Assembly (NCBI GenBank): GCA_963665295.1
Contig: OY762209.1
Location: 3,008,001 to 3,072,000, forward strand
Reading direction: 5' to 3'
Length of the DNA stretch: 64,000 nt
Source: Syntrophorhabdaceae bacterium
Lineage (GTDB): Bacteria; Desulfobacterota; Syntrophorhabdia; Syntrophorhabdales; Syntrophorhabdaceae
The translations under genes and the position numbers were made by a program. This document shows, in pieces, positions 55,121-64,000 of this stretch. Under the pieces are notes generated by a model. That model made no database searches. It saw only the letters and a program-made list of their open reading frames with translations, and was not told the origin of the DNA. Each line of letters starts with the position of its first letter. The stretch's first letter is position 1.

Positions 55121-55930
55121 TCATCGCAACACCCTGTCTCTCCCCCCGTCGCAGGGGCAGCCCAAAGCCAGCGATATCCGCTCGGCAGTCGCTTTCAGCG
55201 CGGGTGCGATTTCCTTTTCGATGCGTTCCATACTGATGGTGGGTTCTGCTCCCGAGACATTGACGGCGGCAACGGTCTTCATGCTGCTGTCGCGGATGGG
55301 GGCCGCCACAGCCTTGAGTCCCACCGCAAGCTCCCCGTCGCAGACTGCATAGCCATTATTCCGGACCTTCGCAAGTTCGGCGAGAAGGGCTTCCCGGTCA
55401 GCGATCGTGAAGGACGTACATTTAATAAAATCCATGCCTTCCAATAGATCCTGAAGGTCGTCCGGAGGGAGTCCGGCGAGGAGGACCTTGCCCAGGGAAG
55501 TGGAGTGAGCGGGCAGGCGCGACCCTATATCCAGTACAACTCCGACTATGGCCCGGTTCCGGACCCTGTCGATGTATACCATGTTGGTCCCATCCAGGAT
55601 GGCGAGGCTGACGGTCTCCTCCATTTCCTGGGCAAGGCGTTCGAGGTAAGGCCGGGCAACCTGGCGGACTTCAAGGCTGTTGATAGCCCTGAAGCCAAGC
55701 TGAAGGACCTTGATGGCGGGTTGGTAACGGCGCGTCACCGGATCGTGGTCGAGGTAGCCTTTTGTTTCTAACGTGGAGAGGACCCGGAAGACGGTGCTCT
55801 TGTTCGAGCGAAGAGCCTCGACGATCTCGGTCAGGGTCAGGGAAGGGCGCTCGAAGGTGAAAAGCTCGAGTACCTCCAGACCCCTTGACAATGCTTCAAT
55901 ATTATATCGCGACTCTCGTCGTGGTGTCAT
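55121..55930 (-). CDS. IclR family transcriptional regulator
   Basis: ALSRGLEVLE, KSTVFRVL.TL, ETVSLA, GSRLPAHSTSLGKVLLA, GYA...E...G...VAAPI. Confidence 0.93.
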   Translation of the reverse strand: MTPRRESRYNIEALSRGLEVLELFTFERPSLTLTEIVEALRSNKSTVFRVLSTLETKGYLDHDPVTRRYQPAIKVLQLGFRAINSLEVRQVARPYLERLAQEMEETVSLAILDGTNMVYIDRVRNRAIVGVVLDIGSRLPAHSTSLGKVLLAGLPPDDLQDLLEGMDFIKCTSFTIADREALLAELAKVRNNGYAVCDGELAVGLKAVAAPIRDSSMKTVAAVNVSGAEPTISMERIEKEIAPALKATAERISLALGCPCDGGRDRVLR

Positions 55931-56023
55931 CTATTGAAACTTGGTTTTTCGTAGTGATACTTCTGTTATTTCATGGGTACATTTTTTTGTCAAGAGGTAT
56001 TTGAGATATAGAAATTCCACGCA

Positions 56024-56049
56024 CAGAAATTCTCTATATAGAATTTCTG
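56024..56049. promoter_or_regulatory. Perfect 10-bp inverted repeat upstream of iclR (operator, or terminator of ald)
   Basis: CAGAAATTCT-ctatat-AGAATTTCTG, with an extra AGAAATTC half-site at ~56010. Confidence 0.5.
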
Positions 56050-56091
56050 CAAGCTCAAGTAATAATAGGGAAAGTGGGTGCTATACCGTGG

Positions 56092-57201
56092 TCAGAGAGC
56101 CTTATGCCACGGCTTCCAGGGCATCTTGAAGGCCGACGCAACCGCTTCATAGGTGAGCGTGCCCCGGGCGCAGTTGATCCCAAGGGAGAGGGCTTTATCT
56201 TCCTCTGCCGCCTTCTTGATGCCCTTGCCGGCAATGGCCCTGACATAAGGAAGGGTAGCGTTGGTCAACGCATATGTGGAGGTTCTCGGCACTCCGGCGG
56301 GGATATTGGGGACCCCGTAATGAATTACATCGTAAAGCCGGTATACGGGTTCCCTATGAGTGGTCGGTCTGGTGGTCTCTACCGAGCCGCCCTGATCTAC
56401 GGACACATCTATTATGACCGAACCCGGCTTCATCCTGGTTACCATTGTCTCTGTCACGAGAACAGGAGCCCGGGCGCCGGCCAGCAGCACTGCGCCGATC
56501 ACCACGTCCGCATAGCTCACGGCACGCTGGACGGTATAGGGGTTTGAATAGACGGTGATTACATTCCCGTGGAGGATGTCATCGATGTATTTGAGTCTGT
56601 CATGATTGATGTCGAGGATCGTCACGTGGGCGCCGAGACCGACCGCGATCTTTGCCGCGTTGAGTCCTACCACGCCACACCCGAGGATCACCACATCGGC
56701 AGGGGGCACACCGGGTACCCCGCTCAAGAGGACCCCCCTTCCGCCGTGATCGGTTTCGAGAAACCTCATTGCCACCTGGACCGACATCCTTCCCGCCACC
56801 TCGCTCATAGGCACGAGCAGGGGCAGGCGACCCTCCCTGTCCTCAACTGTCTCATATGCTACCCCGGTGACTTCTCTTTCGAGAAGCGCCCTGGTCAGTT
56901 TTTCGGAGGATGCGAGGTGAAGGTAGGTGAAAAGGATCTGTCCTTCATGGAAAAAGCGCCATTCGGACTCGAGGGGTTCCTTGACCTTCACAATCAAGCC
57001 GGCCTTCTTGAATATTTCTTCCCGCCCGGTGATTTCCGCGCCCTGGTGGGCGTACTCCAGGTCGTTAAGTCCGCTCCCTTCGCCCGCCCCGGTCTCCACG
57101 AGGACCGTGTGGCCGTCGGTTACAAGGGTATGGGCCCCCGCGGGTGTGAGAGAGACTCTGTTTTCGCCTTCCTTGATCTCCTTAAGAACGCCGATGATCA
57201 T
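56092..57201 (-). CDS. ald: Alanine dehydrogenase
   Basis: [57 protein letters not shown]-coupled to the upstream gene. Confidence 0.95.
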   Translation of the reverse strand: MIIGVLKEIKEGENRVSLTPAGAHTLVTDGHTVLVETGAGEGSGLNDLEYAHQGAEITGREEIFKKAGLIVKVKEPLESEWRFFHEGQILFTYLHLASSEKLTRALLEREVTGVAYETVEDREGRLPLLVPMSEVAGRMSVQVAMRFLETDHGGRGVLLSGVPGVPPADVVILGCGVVGLNAAKIAVGLGAHVTILDINHDRLKYIDDILHGNVITVYSNPYTVQRAVSYADVVIGAVLLAGARAPVLVTETMVTRMKPGSVIIDVSVDQGGSVETTRPTTHREPVYRLYDVIHYGVPNIPAGVPRTSTYALTNATLPYVRAIAGKGIKKAAEEDKALSLGINCARGTLTYEAVASAFKMPWKPWHKAL

Positions 57202-57725
57202 TATTTTTTTCCTCCATCTTTCATTGTAAAACGCCATGTGCAGAAAGTCTCTTCAGGATGCGGGTCCGGCGGAGCAAAGAGACACTCCACATGGATGCCC
57301 GGATCGATTTCATGGGCGAAGCTTTCGAATTCGCCTTTATGCATATATTTACATACGAATTCCCCGAGGCCCTTCCGGAGGCGCGCCTCCTGGGTGGGAC
57401 AATGGGGGACGGTGATTATCACCTCATTTTCCTTTTCTTCAATTTCGTATCCCACGAGGATAGTCCAGGGGAATAATCGCAGAGCCTTCACGAAACCCGG
57501 GAGCCCTCTTTCTTCGATTTGGAACCTGGACAGGAAATCCTTCGCCGCCATCTGCGGCACCCGCGCCCATACCTTTTCGTTAAGACCTTCAGCCGTGGTC
57601 TGATCGAATTGTTCGGCTACATAGATGAACCAGAAGGCATCAACGACTCTGTAGTGCCACAGGAGAAATTCAACATAACTCTCTAAACGGGACCGCTCCA
57701 TTTCCCTGAAGACGTCAAGATCCAT
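57201..57725 (-). CDS. DUF6125-like (V4R/ATC-hydrolase-like) protein
   Basis: DAFWF..V, CPTQEAR.RKGLGEF.CK, F..FA..IDP.I..EC..APPD.HP....C.W.F. Confidence 0.7.
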   Translation of the reverse strand: MDLDVFREMERSRLESYVEFLLWHYRVVDAFWFIYVAEQFDQTTAEGLNEKVWARVPQMAAKDFLSRFQIEERGLPGFVKALRLFPWTILVGYEIEEKENEVIITVPHCPTQEARLRKGLGEFVCKYMHKGEFESFAHEIDPGIHVECLFAPPDPHPEETFCTWRFTMKDGGKK

Positions 57726-57904
57726 AAATCCCCCTCACTCGGTTCGAAAAGCATATGCCGCGCTTCTCCTCTGTCGTGATCCGCCCTCAAAGCCGCCGCT
57801 ATGAGGCATATTCTATCACAGGGACGCTTTCTGTCAATCGAAGTTTGCCTCCCCGTGACACATAATGCGCACGCGCCGACCCTCGTCACCCGGGCCTTGC
57901 GTTT

Positions 57905-58378
57905 TCAGTCTCTTACCCAGCGGATCCGGACATATTTATTCGCATCACCATACTGAATCTCGAGGTTCCCCTTGTACGCGCTGTTAACGGCGTCGCCTAT
58001 TCTTCGCGCAAGATGTTCGTACGTGGTCAGTATCTCTACCCTACCCCCGGAATCGGTGATCTTCATGAGTCTGTCAAGGGGGCGGCGGGCCTTCTGGGCC
58101 CTCTCCGTGTTTCGTACAATGTTCATGATTTCCTCTTTGTGGTCGGCGAGAAACCGGCCTTCCAGGAAGACAATGCCGCCTTCGAAGTTGTCCTCTATTC
58201 TTCTGCACGCGGGGCAGATCATTTTTTCAGCGCCGGGAGGAAGTGTGTCGAGCCAGTCGAAGATGCCGTTGTGAAAGACCACGCGGCACTTTTCACAGAC
58301 TGAAGGATCACGCAGCTTTGTTTTGACAAAGTAGGGGTCGTGAACATACTCCTGGATCAACCTGTCCTTTCTTTCCAT
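57905..58378 (-). CDS. BCAM0308-family protein
   Basis: HDPY, CEKC..VF..G, CPACRRI.D, TT.EHLARRIG.A...AY.G, RW.R. Confidence 0.75.
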   Translation of the reverse strand: MERKDRLIQEYVHDPYFVKTKLRDPSVCEKCRVVFHNGIFDWLDTLPPGAEKMICPACRRIEDNFEGGIVFLEGRFLADHKEEIMNIVRNTERAQKARRPLDRLMKITDSGGRVEILTTYEHLARRIGDAVNSAYKGNLEIQYGDANKYVRIRWVRD

Positions 58379-58511
58379 GAATTTACCTCCCGGATTTGTG
58401 GGTTGTGGGGTCTTTGCTCATAAGGATTAGAATAACTATAAGCATCGATTGTGGAAAATCCAGTCCTGCCGCAAGTATGGTGAAACGGGCGGGAGGGTGA
58501 GGTCCCGAAGA

Positions 58512-59519
58512 CTACTCGTCTTCTTCTTTGAGGACTCTTGTCTTGATTTCGCTCAAGCTGGCTTCCAGGCTTTTGTCTTCGTAGACGATCTGGTAGAGCT
58601 CATTGGTGATAGGCATTTCCACGCCTGATTTCCTGGCGAGGGTATAGGCAGCCTTGATGGTATAATAGCCTTCAACTACGGTCTTCTGGGTTTGAATAAT
58701 GTCACGAGGTTTTTTCCCTTTGGCCAGTTCAGTGCCGAACGCCCTGTTTCTGCTCAGGTTTCCGTAGGCGGTAAGGATCAGGTCACCCATGCCGGAGAGG
58801 CCCATGAAGGTCGTTTCTTTGGCGCCCAAGGCTTTTCCGAGGCGCTTTATCTCCGCGAGCGCCCTCGTGATGAATGCGGCCTGCGTGTTGGTGCCGAGCT
58901 TGAGCCCGTCTATGACGCCTGCCCCGATTGCCATCACATTCTTCATGGCTCCGCCCAGTTCCACGCCCGTGATATCTCCGGAGGTGTAGACCCTGAAGTT
59001 GTCGCCATGGATTGTTTTCTGCAAATAATGGGAAAGGTCCGCGTCCCTCGATGAGACGACCACGGACGTGAAAGCGCCTTGAGCCACCTCTTTTGCAAAG
59101 GAGGGGCCGGAGAGCACTGCGACGTGGCATGCAAACCCGACGGTTTCTTCCACCACCTCACTCATCCTGAGGAGCGTCTCCGCCTCGAAGCCCTTCGTGA
59201 GGATCAGTATGTTCTTCTGTTTCAACTCTTCTGAAACGGGGTTTAGGGTAGCCCGCGTGGCAAAGGAGGGCGTGGCGACAATGATGTCTGCCGCCGACCG
59301 GACAAGGGTCTCCAGGCTGTCGGTAAATTCGATATTGTCGGAGAGCGTGAAGGACGGGAGATAGAGACTGTTCTCCCTCCGTGTTTTCAATACCTCATAT
59401 AATGCCTTCTCGTACACCCAGAGAAGGACGCGGCTTCCTTTTCTCGCCAGGTGCATGGCAACTGCGGTTCCCCATGCCCCCGCGCCGATTATGCCTATAT
59501 CATGCCGGGTGGTGTCCAT
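58512..59519 (-). CDS. gpsA: NAD(P)H-dependent glycerol-3-phosphate dehydrogenase
   Basis: GAGAWGTA, LSGPSFAKEV, GVELGGAMKNV.AI, GLSGMGDL..T, SRN. Confidence 0.95.
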   Translation of the reverse strand: MDTTRHDIGIIGAGAWGTAVAMHLARKGSRVLLWVYEKALYEVLKTRRENSLYLPSFTLSDNIEFTDSLETLVRSAADIIVATPSFATRATLNPVSEELKQKNILILTKGFEAETLLRMSEVVEETVGFACHVAVLSGPSFAKEVAQGAFTSVVVSSRDADLSHYLQKTIHGDNFRVYTSGDITGVELGGAMKNVMAIGAGVIDGLKLGTNTQAAFITRALAEIKRLGKALGAKETTFMGLSGMGDLILTAYGNLSRNRAFGTELAKGKKPRDIIQTQKTVVEGYYTIKAAYTLARKSGVEMPITNELYQIVYEDKSLEASLSEIKTRVLKEEDE

Positions 59520-59523
59520 TGCG

Positions 59524-59557
59524 TGTCTTCCCTGTCTTCCCTGTCTTCCCTGTCTTC
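59524..59557. repeat. 9-bp tandem repeat (TGTCTTCCC)x3.8 in the gpsA translation-initiation region
   Basis: Three exact copies plus a 7-nt partial, ending 4 nt upstream of the gpsA ATG on the minus strand. Confidence 0.9.
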
Positions 59558-59588
59558 GTGCGTATATGCGTGTGCCGCGCCGACGGTA

Positions 59589-62045
59589 TCACTCGTTATC
59601 GGTTTCGGTCTCTTCTTCCTTAGTCTGCGGTCCTTCTTCGCCTGCTATCGCCACCGCGCTGATCGTCTTGTCGCCCGCCAGATCCATCAGTTTTACGCCG
59701 AGGCCGCCCCTTTTCTGGACGGGCATGTCCTTGGCGTTGAACCGGATGGTCCTGCCGGTGTCGGTGACGAGGATGATCTCACTCGTTTCCGTTACCTTCT
59801 TCAGGCCGACGACGTCGCCGTTCTTGGCCCCGCAGCGCACGTTTATGATTCCTGTACCGCCCCTGGTCTGGGTCCTGTACTCGGCGCAGGGAGACACTTT
59901 CCCGTAGCCCTTCTCTGTAACCGTAAAGACGTTGCACCCTTTGTCGGCTATTTCCGCGGATACCACCTCGTCGCTCTTTCTGAGTCTGATGGCCCTGTTG
60001 CCGTAAGCGATCCGGCCCATGGGCCGGATATCCTTCTCGTGGAAGCGTATCGACTTGCCCTTCTTTGTGGCTACCATGACCTCGTTATCGCCGTTTGTCT
60101 GAAGGATGCCCATGAGGCTGTCATCCTCGGGAAGGCTGATGACCCTGAGACCGCTGGACCTCATATGGCTGAGGGCGCTCAGGCTGATCTTCTTGACCTG
60201 TCCCCTTTTCGTTACGAGGAGGAGATACTTGTCTTCCGCGAACTCCCTCATGTGGGCGATGGCGGTGATTCTCTCGTTCTTCTCCGCGTTGATGAGATTG
60301 ATCACGGGCTTTCCCTTGGAGGAGAGGGTTGCTTCGGGAATCTGGTGGACTTTGATGCTGTAGGCCTTGCCTGCGTTCGTAAAGAATATGAAATAAGAGT
60401 GGGTGGACGCGGTATAGATCTGGTCGACGAAGTCTTCGTCCCTGACCACGATGCCTATCTTTCCTTTGCCGCCCCGTAGTTGCGCCCTGTACTGGTCAAG
60501 GGGCGTCCGCTTTATGTAGCCCTTGTAAGTGATGGTGACCACCACCTCTTCGTCCTTGATCATGTCCTCTCTCGTGATCTCCGGCACCACGTCGAGGATC
60601 TCCGTCTGTCTCTCGTCTCCATACCGGTCCCTCACCTCGATGAGTTCCCTTTTGACGAGGTCGAGGAGCAGTCTTTCTTCCCGGAGGATCTCCTGGAGTC
60701 TTGCAATCTCCCTGGAGGTGTTCTCATAATCGTCGATTATCTTCGCTTGCTCAAGGTTTGTGAGACGCTGGAGCCGCATCTCCAGGATGCTGACCGCCTG
60801 TTTCTCGGAGAAGGCAAAGCGGTCTATCAACGACACCCTTGCTTCAGCAGCATTCCTCGACTGTTTGATGAGGGCGATCACTTCGTCGATATGTTCGAGG
60901 GCTATCTTCAGGCCTTCCAGAATATGAAGTTTGTCCAGGGCTTTGTTAAGCTCGAAGATAGACCTCTTGGTCACCACCTCTTTTCTGAAAAGCACGAACT
61001 CCCTTATCATTTCCTTCAGGGTGAGGACCTTGGGTTCGTTGTTTACGATGGTAAGGAATATGATCCCGAAAGTGGTCTGGAGCTGGGTGTGTTTGTAAAG
61101 CTGGTTTAAGATGGGGAGTCCCATCTCGCCCCTTTTCAACTCGATAACCACCCGTATTCCTTCCCTGTTCGATTCATCCTTCAGGTTCGATATGCCTTCG
61201 ATCTTCTTCGTATTTACGAGCTCGACTATATTTTCGATAAGTCTTGCCTTGTTGACCTGGTAGGGTATTTCGGAGACTACGATCAGTTCCCTTCCGTCTT
61301 TCTTCTTCTCGATGGACGTTCTGGCGCGGAGAGTAATGTGACCTCTCCCTGTTTCGTAGGCTTCCCTGATGCCCTGTCTGCCGTAAATGATGGCCTGGGT
61401 GGGGAAATCAGGGCCCGTAATGTATCCCAGAAGCTCATCGAGAGAGATATCGGGATTGTCTATGGATGCGATAATGCCGTTTATCACCTCGTTCAGATTG
61501 TGGGGAGGGATATTGGTTGCCATGCCTACTGCGATGCCCGCAGATCCGTTTACGAGCAGGTTGGGGATTCTGGAAGGCATTACCACCGGTTCCGTAAGAG
61601 ACTCGTCGTAGTTCGGTCTGAACCCGACTGTCTCCTTTTCTATGTCCTTCAGTATCTCTTCCGCAATCCGTGAGAGTCTTACTTCGGTATACCTCATAGC
61701 TGCAGGCGCATCGCCGTCGATGGATCCGAAGTTGCCCTGTCCATCGACAAGGGGGTATCTCATGGAGAAATCCTGGACCATTCTCGTGATCGCATCGTAC
61801 ACGGCCTGATCCCCATGGGGGTGGAACTTACCGATAACATCGCCGACCACTCTTGCGGATTTCTTGTAGGGTTTGTCGTGGGTGTTGTTAAGCTCATACA
61901 TGGCGTACAGGATTCTCCTGTGCACGGGCTTGAGGCCGTCCCTTACGTCGGGCAGCGCCCTCCCTATGATTATGCTCATGGCATAATCCATGTACGACCG
62001 TTTCATTTCTTCTTCTATTGGTACGGTTACAACCGAGGTGTGCAT
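59589..62045 (-). CDS. gyrA: DNA gyrase subunit A
   Basis: [39 protein letters not shown] (catalytic Tyr), GyrA box QLRGGKG, beta-pinwheel repeats. Confidence 0.97.
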   Translation of the reverse strand: MHTSVVTVPIEEEMKRSYMDYAMSIIIGRALPDVRDGLKPVHRRILYAMYELNNTHDKPYKKSARVVGDVIGKFHPHGDQAVYDAITRMVQDFSMRYPLVDGQGNFGSIDGDAPAAMRYTEVRLSRIAEEILKDIEKETVGFRPNYDESLTEPVVMPSRIPNLLVNGSAGIAVGMATNIPPHNLNEVINGIIASIDNPDISLDELLGYITGPDFPTQAIIYGRQGIREAYETGRGHITLRARTSIEKKKDGRELIVVSEIPYQVNKARLIENIVELVNTKKIEGISNLKDESNREGIRVVIELKRGEMGLPILNQLYKHTQLQTTFGIIFLTIVNNEPKVLTLKEMIREFVLFRKEVVTKRSIFELNKALDKLHILEGLKIALEHIDEVIALIKQSRNAAEARVSLIDRFAFSEKQAVSILEMRLQRLTNLEQAKIIDDYENTSREIARLQEILREERLLLDLVKRELIEVRDRYGDERQTEILDVVPEITREDMIKDEEVVVTITYKGYIKRTPLDQYRAQLRGGKGKIGIVVRDEDFVDQIYTASTHSYFIFFTNAGKAYSIKVHQIPEATLSSKGKPVINLINAEKNERITAIAHMREFAEDKYLLLVTKRGQVKKISLSALSHMRSSGLRVISLPEDDSLMGILQTNGDNEVMVATKKGKSIRFHEKDIRPMGRIAYGNRAIRLRKSDEVVSAEIADKGCNVFTVTEKGYGKVSPCAEYRTQTRGGTGIINVRCGAKNGDVVGLKKVTETSEIILVTDTGRTIRFNAKDMPVQKRGGLGVKLMDLAGDKTISAVAIAGEEGPQTKEEETETDNE

Positions 62046-62252
62046 CCACGTCCTCCCTTGCATGCGTTTTGTCGATAATCCGGTTGCCGGCGATCAGGCC
62101 CGTGTCAAGCGAAGCACTCCGTTTTAACGGTACTCGGTGTCTCCTTCGATGTGGTCCCTGGAAGCTGATGGCCGACTTGTTCTTCGGATCTTATTGTAAC
62201 ACAAATAATAACCTGTTGACAATTGAGAAGGCATGGGAGAAAATAAATACCT

Positions 62253-62597
62253 ATGAAATGCACCGTACTCTGTCTTCTCTGTCTTGCCCTCTTGATGGGC
62301 TCCGTCTCTTGCGGGAAGGAGGCCAAGGGCCTGAAAGAGGAGATGAAGATCCTCAAGGAAGAAAACAGTTTTCTGAAGGCCGAAAACATAGTGCTCAAGA
62401 AGGAGCTCGACGAGGTTTACAAAAAACTGGAAGAGAAGGAGAAGCCGGCGGAGAGCCTCCCCAAGGTCAAGGCCGAGGTTGCCGACCCGAATAAGATCAA
62501 AGCAGCCGCGGTCAAAACGGACCCAAAGGTCAAAACAGACCCAAAGGCTAAAACGGACCCAAAGGTTAAAGAGGGCGAGAAAAAGAAGCCCCGATGA
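62253..62597 (+). CDS. Small putative lipoprotein with coiled coil and Lys-rich repeat tail
   Basis: Signal ending LMGSVSC; coiled coil; (V/A)KTDPK x3. Confidence 0.65.
   Translation: MKCTVLCLLCLALLMGSVSCGKEAKGLKEEMKILKEENSFLKAENIVLKKELDEVYKKLEEKEKPAESLPKVKAEVADPNKIKAAAVKTDPKVKTDPKAKTDPKVKEGEKKKPR
62511..62570 (+). repeat. 18-bp in-frame tandem repeat (~3.3 copies)
   Basis: GTCAAAACGGACCCAAAG / GTCAAAACAGACCCAAAG / GCTAAAACGGACCCAAAG / GTTAAA. Confidence 0.85.
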
Positions 62598-63328
62598 GGA
62601 ATATATCTCTCCTTGTCTCCTATGACGGGACCGCGTATCACGGGTGGCAGTGCCAGCCCAACGTCGTCACCATACAGGAAACATTACAGATTGCGATCGA
62701 AAAGGTCACGAACCAGCCCGTAAAGCTCTACGGAGGGGCAAGGACCGATTCGGGTGTCCACGCCCAGGGGCAGGTAGTCAACTTCCGTTCCGGGAGCACC
62801 ATAGACGTGATGAGCCTCACCCGAGCCGTAAACAGCCTCATGCCCCGCGACATCAGGGTCCGGGAAGCCCGCGAGGTCCCCGAGGATTTCCACTCCAGGT
62901 ACTCGGCGAAGAGCAAGACCTACGTATACTGCATTCTCAATGCCTTCATCAATTCGCCCTTCTATGGGAAGTATGCGTGGCATATCCCCTATACCCTCGA
63001 TGTACGGTCCATGAATGAGACTATCGGGAGGGTGACGGGGGTTCGGGATTTCTCCGCGTTCAAGAAGAAAGATGAGACATACCGGACCACGGTGCGTCAT
63101 ATGCTTCGGGCCGGGGTGAAAAGGAGAAGGGAATTCATTTACGTTGTCCTCAAGGGAACGGGATTCCTGCGTTACATGGTACGGAACATCGTGGGGACCC
63201 TTGTCCTGGTAGGCCGGGGAAGGCTTACGGACGAGGGGTTCGGAGAGATCATGGATTCCGGGGACAGGCAAAAAGCCGGCCCCACTGCCCCGGCTCACGG
63301 TCTCTTTCTCAGGAAGATAGAATATTGA
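62594..63328 (+). CDS. truA: tRNA pseudouridine(38-40) synthase
   Basis: YDGT.YHGWQ.Q, RTDSGVHA, FHSRYSA, FL..MVRNIVG, TAPAHGL. Confidence 0.96.
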   Translation: MRNISLLVSYDGTAYHGWQCQPNVVTIQETLQIAIEKVTNQPVKLYGGARTDSGVHAQGQVVNFRSGSTIDVMSLTRAVNSLMPRDIRVREAREVPEDFHSRYSAKSKTYVYCILNAFINSPFYGKYAWHIPYTLDVRSMNETIGRVTGVRDFSAFKKKDETYRTTVRHMLRAGVKRRREFIYVVLKGTGFLRYMVRNIVGTLVLVGRGRLTDEGFGEIMDSGDRQKAGPTAPAHGLFLRKIEY

Positions 63329-63347
63329 GGAGGCCGGCACAGACTCC

Positions 63348-63698
63348 GTGGCTGTTTATCTGGTTATCGACATAAAGGTTATAGACCGGGAGGTTTATTC
63401 GCGGTATAACGAGCGGGTGCGTCCCATAATGGAAAAGTACGGCGGTCGCTACCTTTCCAGGGGCGGCAAGGTTATCCCCCTGTCAGGAAGCTGGAACCCC
63501 GAAAGGATCATCCTGATCGAGTTTGCCTCTTACGAAGACGTGTACCGGTGTTTCGGTTCCGACGAGTATAAAGAGATCGCCCCTCTAAGAGAGCGCTCAA
63601 CGGTGGGCAGGGCAATCGTTGTCGAGGGCGAGGCGGATACGGAGCGGGATCGGCAGGAGCAACGAAGTATGGGAGAAACGGTGTGGTGCGATGAGTGA
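63348..63698 (+). CDS. DUF1330-family protein
   Basis: YGGRYLSRGG...L.G.W.P.R..LIEF.S....S.EY. Confidence 0.85.
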   Translation: MAVYLVIDIKVIDREVYSRYNERVRPIMEKYGGRYLSRGGKVIPLSGSWNPERIILIEFASYEDVYRCFGSDEYKEIAPLRERSTVGRAIVVEGEADTERDRQEQRSMGETVWCDE

Positions 63699-64000
63699 GA
63701 AAGGACGTGTGTATAAGATTGTAAAGGCGGCAGCCAATTTGATGGCGGATATCCCGTTTCTTCTCGATTCCCTGTCCGGGAAGTCGACGCAGAGAGATCT
63801 CCTCAGGGGAGGGCCCTCTCCGGGTCAGGGCGGGCCCGGAGCCGATGCCATCAGAAAAGCCGAGAGTGAGTTGAAGGAAGCGGAAGGCGCATACGGTGTC
63901 GAACACCATCAGGTGCTTGGCGGGTTGGATAAAGTGGCAGGCCTTTACATGGTTGAAGCGAGGTATGCCGAGGCTGAATCGCTCTACAGGCGGAGTCTTG
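63691..64000 (+). CDS. Tetratricopeptide-repeat protein (kinesin-light-chain-type TPR), 5' part; runs off the window end
   Basis: Manual translation MSEKGRVY...AYGVEHHQVLGGLDKVAGLYMVEARYAEAESLYRRSL; open to the end of the window. Confidence 0.7.
   Translation, partial: MSEKGRVYKIVKAAANLMADIPFLLDSLSGKSTQRDLLRGGPSPGQGGPGADAIRKAESELKEAEGAYGVEHHQVLGGLDKVAGLYMVEARYAEAESLYRRSL

Overview
Chromosomal window from an anaerobic, probably syntrophic bacterium. It is Syntrophorhabdus/Desulfobacterota-like, inferred from gene content only. About 40 kb (6.1-45.9 kb) is an H2/formate electron-disposal island. It holds the maturation genes hypFCDE, hydG (frameshifted), hydF, aspA, a dicarboxylate/amino acid symporter and, at the far end, hydE. 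It also holds rex, three catalytic group A [FeFe]-hydrogenases, a selenocysteine formate dehydrogenase (in-frame UGA plus SECIS) with a formate channel, and two sensory-type [FeFe]-hydrogenases with Ser/Thr kinase and phosphatase partners. Each catalytic hydrogenase is paired with a different type of NuoF-like beta subunit: canonical bifurcating, non-bifurcating with Fe-S ligands lost, and a NuoF-GltD fusion with both NADH- and NADPH-type sites. The flanks carry organic-acid uptake and activation modules (TRAP + acyl-CoA ligase + FadR; TAXI + CoA-transferase + IclR), a divergent nucleotide-cyclase-like gene facing a cNMP-binding gene, and housekeeping genes (ald, gpsA, gyrA, truA). No CRISPR array, rRNA, tRNA or transposase was recognised. 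The strongest novelty candidates are the three-way diaphorase modularity shared with the FDH, hypFCDE without hypAB directly behind a broken hydG, a ~400-nt hairpin-dense leader at 43.7-44.1 kb, and the cyclase-like/cNMP pair.
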